Shown here: one piece after another, positions 52,006-63,100 of the stretch
Position numbering within the stretch: position 1 is the first letter of the stretch
Layout: each line of letters begins with the position of its first letter
Origin: Thecamonas trahens ATCC 50062
Lineage: Eukaryota > Protista > Apusomonadida
Length of the DNA stretch: 64,000 bases
Assembly (NCBI RefSeq): GCF_000142905.1
Contig: NW_013657679.1
Span: 374,657-438,656, forward strand
Reading direction: 5' to 3'
Notes under the pieces: model-generated
What the model was told of the DNA's origin: nothing
Database searches by the model: none
What the model saw: the letters and a program-made list of their open reading frames with translations, nothing else
Program-made: the position numbers and the translations under genes

Positions 52006-53703
52006 CTACGATGGCCTGGCCGCGGCGTCGCCGGCCGCCACGCCTGTGATGTGGCTTCCACCTCGATGGATGGCGGCGTCGACGTCGGCGTCGTTGCCGG
52101 CAGCGAAGGCGGCGAGCTTGGCGTCGAGGACACGGAGAAAGACGGCCTCGTCGTCGGAGAACTCGGACGATGTGGCAGACGCGCGGGCTCGCATGGTCTC
52201 CGCCATGTGCTCGAGGCCGGTGACAAAGCTCTCACGGAAGGTCGCCGCCAGGCCTGCAAGAACCAGGCGGTGCTGCGAGAGCGCACCGAGCGAGGCAAGC
52301 AGGGCCGGATCGCCGAGCGAGCGCATGTCGGCCGCCACGGTCGAGAGTGAGGCCACCGCGTCCTGCAGAACCGCGAGGTGCGAGGGGAGGCCACCGAGGC
52401 CGAGTCCCTCGGGCAGGGCGCTGTAGGGGTTACCAGCCGGGGCATTCGGCTTGTTCCCACCGAGCAGGCCGGAGACTGCGCCGTAGAGCATCGAGGCCGC
52501 GTCGGTCGAGCTCGGCTCGGCGACACCGGTCGCGGGATACATGCCTGATGCCTGGCCGGCAATCGAGAGGAGCGGGAACGGCGTGCCAGATGAGGGGCTC
52601 AAGCCGGCGGCGGCGGTAGTTGCGCTTCCTGACGCAGGCATCTCGTCCTGAAACGATGGGACGAGCGCCTCCCACTCGCGGTTGCGGCCGTAGCGCTTGA
52701 GGGTGCGGTAGGTGGTGAAGAGGAGGAAGAACATGCCGAGCTGAGCCAGAGCAGCGAGGCCGGCCATAAACGCGATCCAGTTGGTCACCACCGATGCACA
52801 GGTGTAGACCAGGTTGGGAAACTCGGAGTTGAGACCCGAGAACCGGGCCGAGTGGCACGAGAACGAGTTGAGCTCGCCCTGGACCGAGAACACCGTGATC
52901 TGGAGGGCGGCCATGACAAAGATGACGGCGTAGACAATGATGGCGACGACCTTGAACCGACGGAACCGGTCGATGACGTCCTGGATGTCGTTTTCCATGC
53001 TAAGCGCAATCTCGTGCGGCGTCTCGAGCGGCGCCCACGGCGTGTCGTCAATGAGGGTGGCGTACGGGTCCGAGGCGTCAGATGCCGAGCGCGAGCGCGG
53101 AGTCGCTTGCGGCGAGAGCGGGCGGTCAGTGGCGAGAGCGGGCTGCGGGGCGGCGGCCGCGCCTGGTCGGGCTGGCATCGTTGCCGAGCGCGCCGCAAAG
53201 GTGCCCGAGAGCGGCCTGCCGGCCTGCGATGAGGTGCGTGCTCTCAGCGAGCCGCCGTACGGCGGGCCGCGGACCGAGCCGTAGACCGAGCCAGCCATGG
53301 GAGTTTGCGGGGTGTTTGCCAAGGCGATCTGGTACTCATCGTGCTTGATGCGCTTGCGAATGGCGGCCGTGAGGTCAGAGAGGTACGACGACGAGCGCGA
53401 GTAGACAAAGAGCGCGTAGACAATGAACAGCAGGGTGGTGGCGAGGGTGTAGTAGAGCTGCTTGAACTGCGACGCGCACTTTAGCTGAACAAAGTCGATC
53501 TCCGGCAGCTCTGCCAGAGTCACGTTGTGCTTGGCTGTGTTGGGCGGAGTGCACTTGACGTGGTTGGAGAGGAGAGTGATGACCACTGCCACCTCGAGCA
53601 GTGCAATGATCATGATGGTGTTGCGCAGCGAGTCCTCGGTGTACCGGCCCTTTGTCGGCCGCCGCAGCGCCGCCACAAACGACGAGAGGCCTTCTGCCGA
53701 CAT
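52006..53703 (-). CDS. Pannexin/innexin/LRRC8-like 4-TM protein (565 aa)
   Basis: Four TM segments; the only four Cys (51, 76, 283, 302) lie two per predicted extracellular loop; long cytoplasmic TM2-TM3 loop; NVT sequon in loop 1. Confidence 0.6.
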   Translation of the reverse strand: MSAEGLSSFVAALRRPTKGRYTEDSLRNTIMIIALLEVAVVITLLSNHVKCTPPNTAKHNVTLAELPEIDFVQLKCASQFKQLYYTLATTLLFIVYALFVYSRSSSYLSDLTAAIRKRIKHDEYQIALANTPQTPMAGSVYGSVRGPPYGGSLRARTSSQAGRPLSGTFAARSATMPARPGAAAAPQPALATDRPLSPQATPRSRSASDASDPYATLIDDTPWAPLETPHEIALSMENDIQDVIDRFRRFKVVAIIVYAVIFVMAALQITVFSVQGELNSFSCHSARFSGLNSEFPNLVYTCASVVTNWIAFMAGLAALAQLGMFFLLFTTYRTLKRYGRNREWEALVPSFQDEMPASGSATTAAAGLSPSSGTPFPLLSIAGQASGMYPATGVAEPSSTDAASMLYGAVSGLLGGNKPNAPAGNPYSALPEGLGLGGLPSHLAVLQDAVASLSTVAADMRSLGDPALLASLGALSQHRLVLAGLAATFRESFVTGLEHMAETMRARASATSSEFSDDEAVFLRVLDAKLAAFAAGNDADVDAAIHRGGSHITGVAAGDAAARPS

Positions 53704-53931
53704 GTGGACAGGAGGTGGGTGGTGGGACGCCGGAGTGTGGTGTATGTGTGTGCGTGTGTGTGTGTGTGTTTGGGGGGGGGAGTGTGGTGTGGCCTGTGCG
53801 ACACTGTTGGCTCTGGTGGTCCTCCCGGCGTGCGGCCAGGCGTGGCGCGTGTGTGCGACTTTGTCGGCCACGTTAACACGGGCATGGTCATAACTTTGGT
53901 TTGATGTCGATCTAGGAAAGCGGGAGCCAGG

Positions 53932-56225
53932 CTAGCGACGGTCGGTCTTGCCGTTGCCACGCTTGCCTGAGAGCATCCACTTGGGCTTGGAGGCGACGAT
54001 GACACGGTCAGCCGTACCGCGCTTGCCGTCGGCGTTGATCTGCTTAAAGGCGTACTTGCGGAGCATCTTGGCCTTGTCCGAGTCGGTGGCTGCGATACCG
54101 GCCTTGTTGCGCGGGGCGCGGGCGCCCTTGGCCTTGCGGATGGCGGCCGAGCCGATGCCGGCGCCGCGGGCGCGGCGGGCGCCAAAGTCGTCGTCGTCGT
54201 CGCCTTCTGTGGACATGGCCATGCGATCGTTGCGGAGCTTGCGCGAGGCACGGGCACGCGAGGTGGTCTCGCCGGCCGCGACGCGAGCGCGGATGCGCGA
54301 GGTGTCGTACCCGAGCTCGTCGAGCGACTTGAGATCGCCGACGGACTTGCGGCGGGCGGTGCGGGGAAGAGGGCGCGAGTTGGCCGACTTGCGGACAAAG
54401 GCGGCCTTGTTGATGAGGATCTTCTTGGACTTGATGGCACGGACAGCGGCCTTGCGCTCGTCGCGGTGCGGGTCGTCGTCGTCGTCCGACTCTGCGGCGG
54501 CACGGGCCAGCCGCTCCTCCTCCTCGCGCTCGAGCTCGTCGAGACGGGCGAGGATGTCCGGGTCCAGAAAGTCGGCCACGTTGTGGCCGTCGAGGATCTC
54601 CGGCACCACGTCGTAGCGCCAGTCTTCGTTCTCGAGAATGTGCTCGGCACGTAGGTCGACCGAGAACTTGCCGGCGCCGCCGTTGCGGGCCTCGATGTCC
54701 TTGAGGAGGAGGCGGCCCTCGGAAGCACCGCCGCGGCGGCTCGGGATCATGGGCGGGCGCTCGATGTCGTCACGCGCCACAGGCATCGACTTGTGCAGGC
54801 GGACCTTGAGCCGGTCTGCGTTGGTCGTCGTCGCCAGCTTCTCACGCTGCCGCTGCGCAAGCAGCCGGTCGCACGCCGACGCCTTGACCTCGGCGAGACC
54901 CTCCTCGGTGAGGCCCGACATGGCCATGACCTCCACGCCGTCGGTTTCCACCAGCGACTGGATGAGCGCCTTATCGTCGTCGTCGAGGTCGTTCGGCCGG
55001 ACCACGTCGATCTTGTTGAGCACCACAGTCAGCGGCTTGTTGGCAAAGAGCGGCGTGATGTTGCGGAAGAGGCCGACCTGCTGCTCGATCGAGTAGCCGC
55101 ACTGCTCCGAAATGTCGAGGAAGAACAGGATCGAGGCCTTCAGGTGCGCCAGCGCCGTGATCGACTGCATCTCGATGGTGTTCATGTCCTGCAGAGGGTG
55201 GTCGAGCACGCCGGGCGAGTCGACAACCTGCCACCGCGTGTACTTGTAGTCAAAGTGGCCCACAAACAGCGACTGCGTCGTGAAAGCCCACGGCTGCACG
55301 TCAACGTCGGCACGCGACAGCTTGTTCACCGTCGTCGACTTGCCGCAGTTGGGGAACCCGCACACAAGCAGCGTTGGATCCGTCGGGTCGATCGACGGCA
55401 GACGAGAGAGATGCTGCCGCACCTGCTCCAGATACGCCAGTGCAGACTTCTGCTTCTTCAGAATGGTGCACATCCGTCCCAGAGCCGCCCGCTTCAGCGT
55501 CTTGCACCGATACAGCGAGTCACCAAACTTGAGCAGCCGAATGTAATCCTTGCCCACACGCTCCACCAGCCGCAGCGCCGTGGCGATCTGGCCCAGTGCG
55601 AGCTTGTAGTGGTCGCGATCGTAGAGCACGTTCATCAGCGAAGCCATGAACGGGTGGAGTTCCTACAGTGATTGCCGAGGGCAGAGGGTGTGTGTGAGTG
55701 AGGGCGAGTGAGTGGCGAGCGGAGGACATGAGGCAAAGGGTGTGTGTGTGTGTGGTTGGGGGGGGGGTGGCTGGGCAAGGGAGATGATATGATGGTCACT
55801 TGCCGGGCCCATCCGTTTCCATCCGAAAGTTGAAAGAGGCTGACGGTGCGGGCGGGGCAGGAGGGGAGGAGGGAGGAGGGAAGAGGGGGGGGAGGGACGG
55901 GAAGGGCATGTGATGGGCGGGGAGGACATGGGCGTGGTGGTGGTGGCGGTGGAGGGAGGGAAGGACAATGTCGGTAGGGTGAGGGCAGGCATGCGGGTGG
56001 ACGTACGTCGATGACCGGGAACTCGTCGAGGATGCCCCGCAGGCGGTCGGCAAAGCACTGCTGGGCAAAGCGGACGGACCGGGTGTAGTGCTGGCGGATA
56101 CGGGAGATGTGGAAGGTGGTGCGGACCACAGTCGGCGTCTGCCGCTGCGTCTTGGACAGGCAGATGTCGATAAAGTCCGTCGCCGACGGGACCACCGTGA
56201 TGGACTTGAACGAGTAGACCGGCAT
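53932..56225 (-). CDS. NOG1: Nucleolar GTP-binding protein 1; exons 56225-56007 and 55662-53932
   Basis: [114 protein letters not shown]. Confidence 0.97.
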
Positions 56226-56341
56226 GGTCGGACTCGGGGAGTGGGGTGTGGGCTGGCGAGCGGTCGACCTCGTGCCGCGGCCGCTTGCTGGATCAATCCC
56301 AGCCAGCCTGCATGGCCTTGGCTTGTTTCTATTTCAACTGC

Positions 56342-57157
56342 TCATCCATCATCTATCATGCCAAGCGCGTCAGCCTCGAGCATGCGCAGCTCAGCGGCGA
56401 CCATCTCGTCGAGCGCCGCGAGTTCGTCGGCGGCTATGGCTGCCGCCCGCTCGGCGGCGGCCTTGAACGCCGCCGCTTTGAGCCGCGCCACAATCCGCCG
56501 CAACGTCGCGCCCATGTCGGCCACCACAATCGCGGCCTCGGCGACCTCGATGCAGGCCCGGACCAGCGCACCGCACGAGTCTTGGACGGGAATCCAGTCA
56601 CTCACGTGGGGCGCCGCGAGCACGCTTGCCACACGCTGCACCGCGGCCAGCACCGCTAGCGCCTCGTCGGCCTCCAGCAGCGCGTCGAGCTCGAGCACTG
56701 CGGCACCCAGCCGCTTGCGAAGCGCCGTCATCCCTGCCTGAGGTACCGCGCGCGCCCCACCGAGTGCCACCACTGCGTCCGACGCCGCAGCAAGCACATT
56801 CATCACCGCAAGATCGCGTTCGCTCAGTGCTGCACGCGCAAGCTCGTCCTCCACCGACCGTGTCAGAGGCTCGTGCAGCGCGTGTGGGACCACAGCAGGC
56901 CCCTCGGACGACATCGACGAGTCTGATGCGTTGTACTTTGTGCTCTCTATCTCGTCAGAGAGTACCGATGACGACGTCGTCGTCCCGTGAGGCAAGTCCT
57001 CGCTTGACGCCACCATCGTCAGCATCCGCGTCAGCTCCTCGTCTCCACTCTCCACAGACGCATTGGAACCCGACGAGAAGACTTTGCCCCACATCACGTC
57101 GTCCACTGGCGCCATCAGCGACCGCATCTCGACATGAGACTCGTCGGCGGTGTCCAC
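56342..57157 (-). CDS. ORF that probably continues the RapGAP protein past a frameshift, or a separate hypothetical gene
   Basis: Open in the -1 frame across the RapGAP stop codon; begins with GTG; acidic/Ser composition continues from the upstream ORF. Confidence 0.5.
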   Translation of the reverse strand: MDTADESHVEMRSLMAPVDDVMWGKVFSSGSNASVESGDEELTRMLTMVASSEDLPHGTTTSSSVLSDEIESTKYNASDSSMSSEGPAVVPHALHEPLTRSVEDELARAALSERDLAVMNVLAAASDAVVALGGARAVPQAGMTALRKRLGAAVLELDALLEADEALAVLAAVQRVASVLAAPHVSDWIPVQDSCGALVRACIEVAEAAIVVADMGATLRRIVARLKAAAFKAAAERAAAIAADELAALDEMVAAELRMLEADALGMIDDG

Positions 57158-57174
57158 AAGACTGAGTGTGGGAG

Positions 57175-60100
57175 TCAGCCCTTCCCGCCTCGGCTCGAGC
57201 CCAGCTCGGACGACACAAAGCTCGACTCGTCGTCGTCATCCATGTCGGCCGGATGCATAATAACAACCGGTAGGGCCAAGGTAGTGGGCTGGTCGTCGTC
57301 GCCGTCGTTGTCAGTGCCTTCATCGTCAAACACACATGCGTGTGGCTCGCTCTCATCCGGCTCGCTCACGCCTGCCTCGCTCTCGACTGCGGCCTGCGCC
57401 ATAGCCAGCGCTGCCTCGAGCGCCGTCGCCCCGATAGTCGCGTCCGAGTCCGAGTCGAGCAGCGAGTCGTCGGTGGCACACTGTAGGTCAGTGAAGCCGC
57501 CCTCGACCACGCTCGGCTCGTCGCTGATCACACAATGCGAGCTTTCCGCCTCGGCCTTCAGATCATCAGGAGCGACAAGCGGCCCGGCCACTGCGGCCTG
57601 AGCACCCTCGGCGGCGTCATCATCGGTCTTGAATGCGTTCGAGTCGCCGGAGATGTCCATCTCGCTAAGCGAGAGCGTCGAGACGTGCGAAACCACCCGC
57701 CGCAGCGGCGAGTGGATCTCTTCCGGCACAAAGGCAAGGCCACGGAGGCCGGGCCGCACCATCGAGCCCCCAATCTCGTCTGGGTGTGGCGCTTCAGCGA
57801 GAAGTGCCACGTTGGCGGCGTTAAAGACAAGCTCCGACCGCACAATGAGGCCAGGCGTGCCAAAGTCCGGAAAAGCCTCGGCCCACGCGGCAGATCCGGC
57901 CGCAAACAGCGCGCAGCTCCGGACCGCAAGCTCCGGCGCCGCCGCCGTTGCTTCACCGAAGGCAGCAGGCCCTCCGCCTTCAGGCAGCGCGCCAGCGAGC
58001 GCGAGGGCACGATCGACTGCCGCCCGAAGTTCGGGCAGGTCTGCAAACGACGCGGTCGTCAATGCTGCCCAGTGCGTGTGCAACAGCGTCGCAATCCGCG
58101 CCAGGGTCACTGAGAGCGGTGGCAAGACCCGGATGCCAAAGTTCTCTGACGCGGCCGCCATGGCAGCGTCCGATGCGGCTGCCAGCGCACGCCCAAACTC
58201 GGTCGCCTGCTCCCGTGCCTGGGTAGTCTGCATCCACGAGCGCATCTCGAGCACGTCACAGAGCGCAAGCACCAGCTCGGCCACAAGGTCGCGCCAAAGC
58301 GAGCCCGGCTTGAGCGCGTAGAACATGGCGATGAGCGGTGTCAAGTTTGCGTCGACAAGTGTCCGCAGCAGAAAGTCATACGCCGCCGGCGAGTCAGCCA
58401 CGTAAACCGCCTCCAGCCGGGACTCGACAAACAGTTTTCCGACGCTGCCGGCGGCAACAGTGGTGTCGACCACGGCATCGCCATTCGGGCCCGACCCGCT
58501 CACGCCGTTAGCGCTCTCCTGCAGAGCCGACAGATCGTGCCACTCGGTCCACTCGGCGCGCCGACCGGCCTGCAACGGGTTCTCGGCCGCGTGGCGCGCA
58601 AGGTACTGTGCCAGCGCATGGATTGGAAACGAGACCACGCCAAGCATCTTGTTCGTTTTGGAGAACCGATCACGCGACTTGATTCGCACCACCAGTCGCT
58701 GCGCGGAAGTCTCTGGCGACTGGACCGGAAACTCAAAGTCCTCGTCAAAGTTTGGATCCAGCGACTTGGCTACCACCGCCGTTTTGAACGAGGTCCGGCC
58801 AAGCGCGAGCTTGACGTACGGATCGGCTGAGCCCGACGACGACCGCGGTGCAAGACCGCGGGCCCGCAGCACACGCACATGTAGGATCCAGTCGGTCTCC
58901 GACCTGCGCTGCCGCCGGAGCGAGAGAGCAAGCTGGATGGCACCGGTGACCAGGCCGTCCTGGGACGACGGCGGGAGCAGGTCGTGCCATGCTCCAGACG
59001 TCCGCGGATTGGCTAGCTCGTCGAGCGGGAGCCAGAGCGAGCCGACTTGGTTGAGGAGCACCGAGCCGCGCTTTCGCGACTTGGCCTTGGCCTTGCCCTT
59101 GTTGTACAGTACCACCTCCATGTGAGTCGCACCGCGCGCCACCTCGCACTCGAGCGGCGGCGAGAGCTCCTGAGCAGAGAGCACGGTCGAGAGCTGCGTT
59201 GCAGACGCCGCCACCCCGTGGACAACCGCCTTGGTTCCAGCCACCGCGGCATCGCCTCGCAGCCGAAAGGCAAGGAACCGCAGAAACTTGCAGCTGTTGT
59301 CTGAGCCGGCGAGCGGCGGCGCCGGCGAGCTCCGCCCTTGGCTGCCGGCGAGCGACGACTCGGGCGTGGCCGCCCGTGAGAGCACTGGTGTCGATTGCGC
59401 CGGCGGCAGCGACGACGAGTCGGCTCGGCGCCGGCCGAAATGCCGTGGCGTCAGCTTGAGCGTCTTGGGCGACGGCGGGACAAGGGTGGCTCCCGACGGC
59501 ATCGACTCGTTGAGAGATATGCCTGTCGACGACTTGGCCAAGAGTGGAATCGAGCCGGACCGCTCCAGCGGCGGCGGCGTCCGCGGCGCCATCGACGCCG
59601 CATGCCGCAGATCACCTGTACGTTGCGGGACGCTGTTAAGCGACTGTGAAAACGTCGCCGTGTGTACACGCGCTCCTTGGCCTTGCCCGGGCTCGGCCCC
59701 GTACAGCTCTGATGGATGGACCGCGTGGGTCAAGTGGAGCGTAATGAGGGACGGCGCGGCTGCTGCCGACTCGGCCGCCCGCATCGCCAGCGGCGCGCAG
59801 TGCGAGAGCTGCTGTCGCAACGGCCGTGTCGTGCACGGGCTCGTGTATGTCAGCGAGTCGACGAGGACGCCCGACGCCAGCGCATACATCTCTACCCCAG
59901 TGGCAAAGTGCGCGAGCAAAAACGCAGTGGCTTTGGCCGAGAACGGCGCCGCAAGCACGTGCAAGGCTTCCATCGGCGATCGTCGCCACGGCACCGCCAG
60001 TCGGAGCCGCGGCTTGGCACCTCGTGACAGGGCCCACTCGATGACCAGCGCCCCGAGTGATCCACCCAGCACGCATCCCTTGGCACCCAGCGCCAGGATG

Positions 60101-63100
60101 TGCGTCAGCTTGCCGACGGATGCCCCGGCGCGCTTGCTCCGCGCGGCCCGGTAAGTGTCGAGGCGCGGGAGGGAGCCGACAGGGAGGAGTGCAGTGACTC
60201 GGACGAGCTCGCCGCTCACGAGCGCAAAGACGACTGGCTCGGTGTCGGACGCCGATGCCAGCGCCAGCGCCGATGGTGGTTGCGGGAGCACCATCCGCGC
60301 GAGTGGCACAAGCGCATGCGCGAGCGGCGGCGTAAAGACGCCGCCGGTGTACGACGGCGCCTGTGCAGACGTTGCTTCGAGCAGTGACGCCAGCTGAATG
60401 GCGGAGAAGATGCCGAGCGAGCCGCGGGCGTCGGCAACGGCAAGAAAGTCCTCGGTCGCCGCCACTGCCACCACTTTGGCTGAGAGCGGAAAGGCAAAGA
60501 CGCCAACTGCACGCGGCGGCGAGATTCCGAGCTGCATGCCATACAGCGCGGTCTTGCCGCGACCGGCGATGAGAATGACCGAGTTGGGCGAGGCCGGCGG
60601 CACCAGGACAAGTAGCAGGTCAATGCGCGGGAGCGGTGCAAGCCGGAGGCACGCCGAGTCCTGGCCCGAGTTGAAGAAGAGAGCAGCGGCGGTGGCAAAG
60701 ACGCACGCGTCCGAGCCCGGCAGCGAGACAACGGTGGCGACGTCGGCTGGCACGTCGTTGAGGCGGATACGGGTGGCGAGGACCCGCGGCGTCACCACAC
60801 GGCCGACCAGCAGCGCCTCAGCAACGTGGCGGGTGGCGGCCAGCGCGCCCGGCTCGCTAGCAGCGAGCACGTTGCCCGCCGACGGCGATGGCGGCGGCTC
60901 GTCGTGGACGAGCGAGTGGAGATACTGCGACCGCGTCCGCGACGCGCGGAGTTCAAACTCGGTCGAGGCGTAGACAGCCTTCTCGCCGTTGATGGCGAGC
61001 GCAAGGAGGTGGTGGGCAAAGTACTCGTTACGCGGAATCAGGTGCGGCGAGGGCGGGCCAAAGGCACGCACGCCCTTTTTGACCGCCACCGACAGCGCGT
61101 AGTGGTCCGGGTGTGCATCTGAGGCGCGGACGACCAGGACCACGTTGGTGTACTGCGAGGTGTACGACGCCAGCCGAAACGGCGCGTCGCCCTCGAGAAA
61201 GACGATGACGACGATGTCGTTGCCAATGAACCGCTTGCGCTGAATCCGTTGGTCGTCGGTCTCGTCGTACTGCAGCTCGGTCGAGACGTGGAAGACCACG
61301 TCGTGGCCCATGTACCGCCGGACCCGGGTGTACTCGCCCGAGTCGTCGTGCCGCGTGTCTAGCTGCGCCGAAAAGCCCGGATAGCCTTTGAGCCGGACCC
61401 GCGGGCCGAGAAGGTTGAGAAAGGCCTCAAAGGCGGCCGACGGCTCGCGATTGGAGTAGTACTCATCCTCGTTGGTCTGGCCGGCCTGCGCATACAGCAG
61501 CCCAAGCTTGATGCCGCCGAGCGTGCCCGAGAACGCCTCGAGCTTGGTGAGTGTAGCGCGGAAGGATGCATCGGGTGTAACTCGTGTCAGCGACCGGGTC
61601 TTGCGCTTGATGACCGGTCGCGCGTCGGCGGGGATGGCGTCGAGCAGGTCAAAGACTGTCGGCGGGGCGTCGCCGACGCTCACACTCACGGCATGGTAAG
61701 AGATGGAGCTCACTCGCCACACAATGACATAGTACTCGGCTTCGATGCCGGAAGAGAGGGCAGAGCCGCCGCCGCCACTCGCTATCGGTGAGGCCGGCGG
61801 TGGGCAAGCGTCGTACTCGAGGCCGAGGACAGTGATGACAAACGGCGATTCGGACGCCGCCGACGAGAGCGTCGCTTCCGAGCCGACAAACGCGTCGTGT
61901 GCGAGATGCGCAAAGTACCGCGCATACCACATTGTTTCGTCGTCTGGCGACTCAATGTACGCTGACGCACAGGTCCGGATCACGTCCTGTGCCGTCACCG
62001 AGCTCGAATGTGCAAGCTCGGACGAGAGCGACGAGAGGAGGTAAAAGTCGGAAGATGGCTCGATGATGGGCGAGGTCTGCCGAAGTACCGGCGTCAGCGG
62101 CACTGACGGCACGCTTCGCTCCAGCACATACGGCGGCGGGCCGAGCGGGAGCGTTCGCGAAAACTCGGCTGCGAGCGCGGTGACTGGCGTGGCATCGAGC
62201 CCGACGTGGGAGAGATGCGGCATCATCTCGGTGTCGACGCCGGTCATCCCGAGCGGGAGCGTAGTCATTGCGAGCGCAACCACAATTCGGATGGGCCCGC
62301 CAATGACCAGCCAGTGCATGGCGCCAGCAAACGGCGGCGAGCTCTCCTCGGGCTCCTCGGCCGGAGCCAGGGGGACGGCCGTGACCGACGCAGGCTCTGC
62401 GCCGACCATAATTTCGACGTCGAGCTCGCGCGGCAGTGGAAGCGGAAGTAGGAGCGGCGCACTCGGCGGCGTGGCGCAGGGCAGGAGCGACGAAAAGACG
62501 TAGTACCGGATCGGAGGTGCAGGTGTGGCCGTCGCCGCGCTGGTCACCGGCGGGAGCACCGATGCCCGCATTCCGATCTCGAGACCGTCCGGCGCTTCAA
62601 CGACCCGCGCCTGTAGCAGAACGGCACCCTCGTAGGCCTCGGCGCTCGCTGCCGACGAGGTGGACGACGACGACGACGACAGCGTCTTGCGCTGTGTACT
62701 CGACGAGATCGACGATGCCGAGTCGGACGATGCGCTGGAAGTCGTCGAGAGCGGCGACGGTGATGCCGGCTCATCATCGACGTGGTCCGAGGCAGACCGT
62801 GGCGAGAGTGCTGACGAGGTGATCGATCCGGTGTCGGACGAGTCGTCATGGCTTGCCGAGCTCCTTGGCTCAGCGTTGGTCTGGGTTTGGGTGGGGGGGG
62901 GCTGGCTCGCAGCGGCAGGTGGAGGGAGGTTGGCACTGGAGGGCGGCGAGAGCGGCGAGAGCGGCGAGAGCGGCGAGAGCGGCGAGCATGGGCAGGAGGA
63001 CGTCAGCTCTGCCGACATGTCTTGCTGTGTAACAAGGTGGGTCGAGGTCTCTGGCGAGCACTGCGAGTCTACCTGGAGGACCAGGCCCGAGTACGCCCCA

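Noticed and set aside
60900-61560. RapGAP domain as TSC2
   Set aside because: The domain is not C-terminal, there is no tuberin N-terminal region, and the motif is KRFIGNDIV as in Rap1GAP/GARNL3
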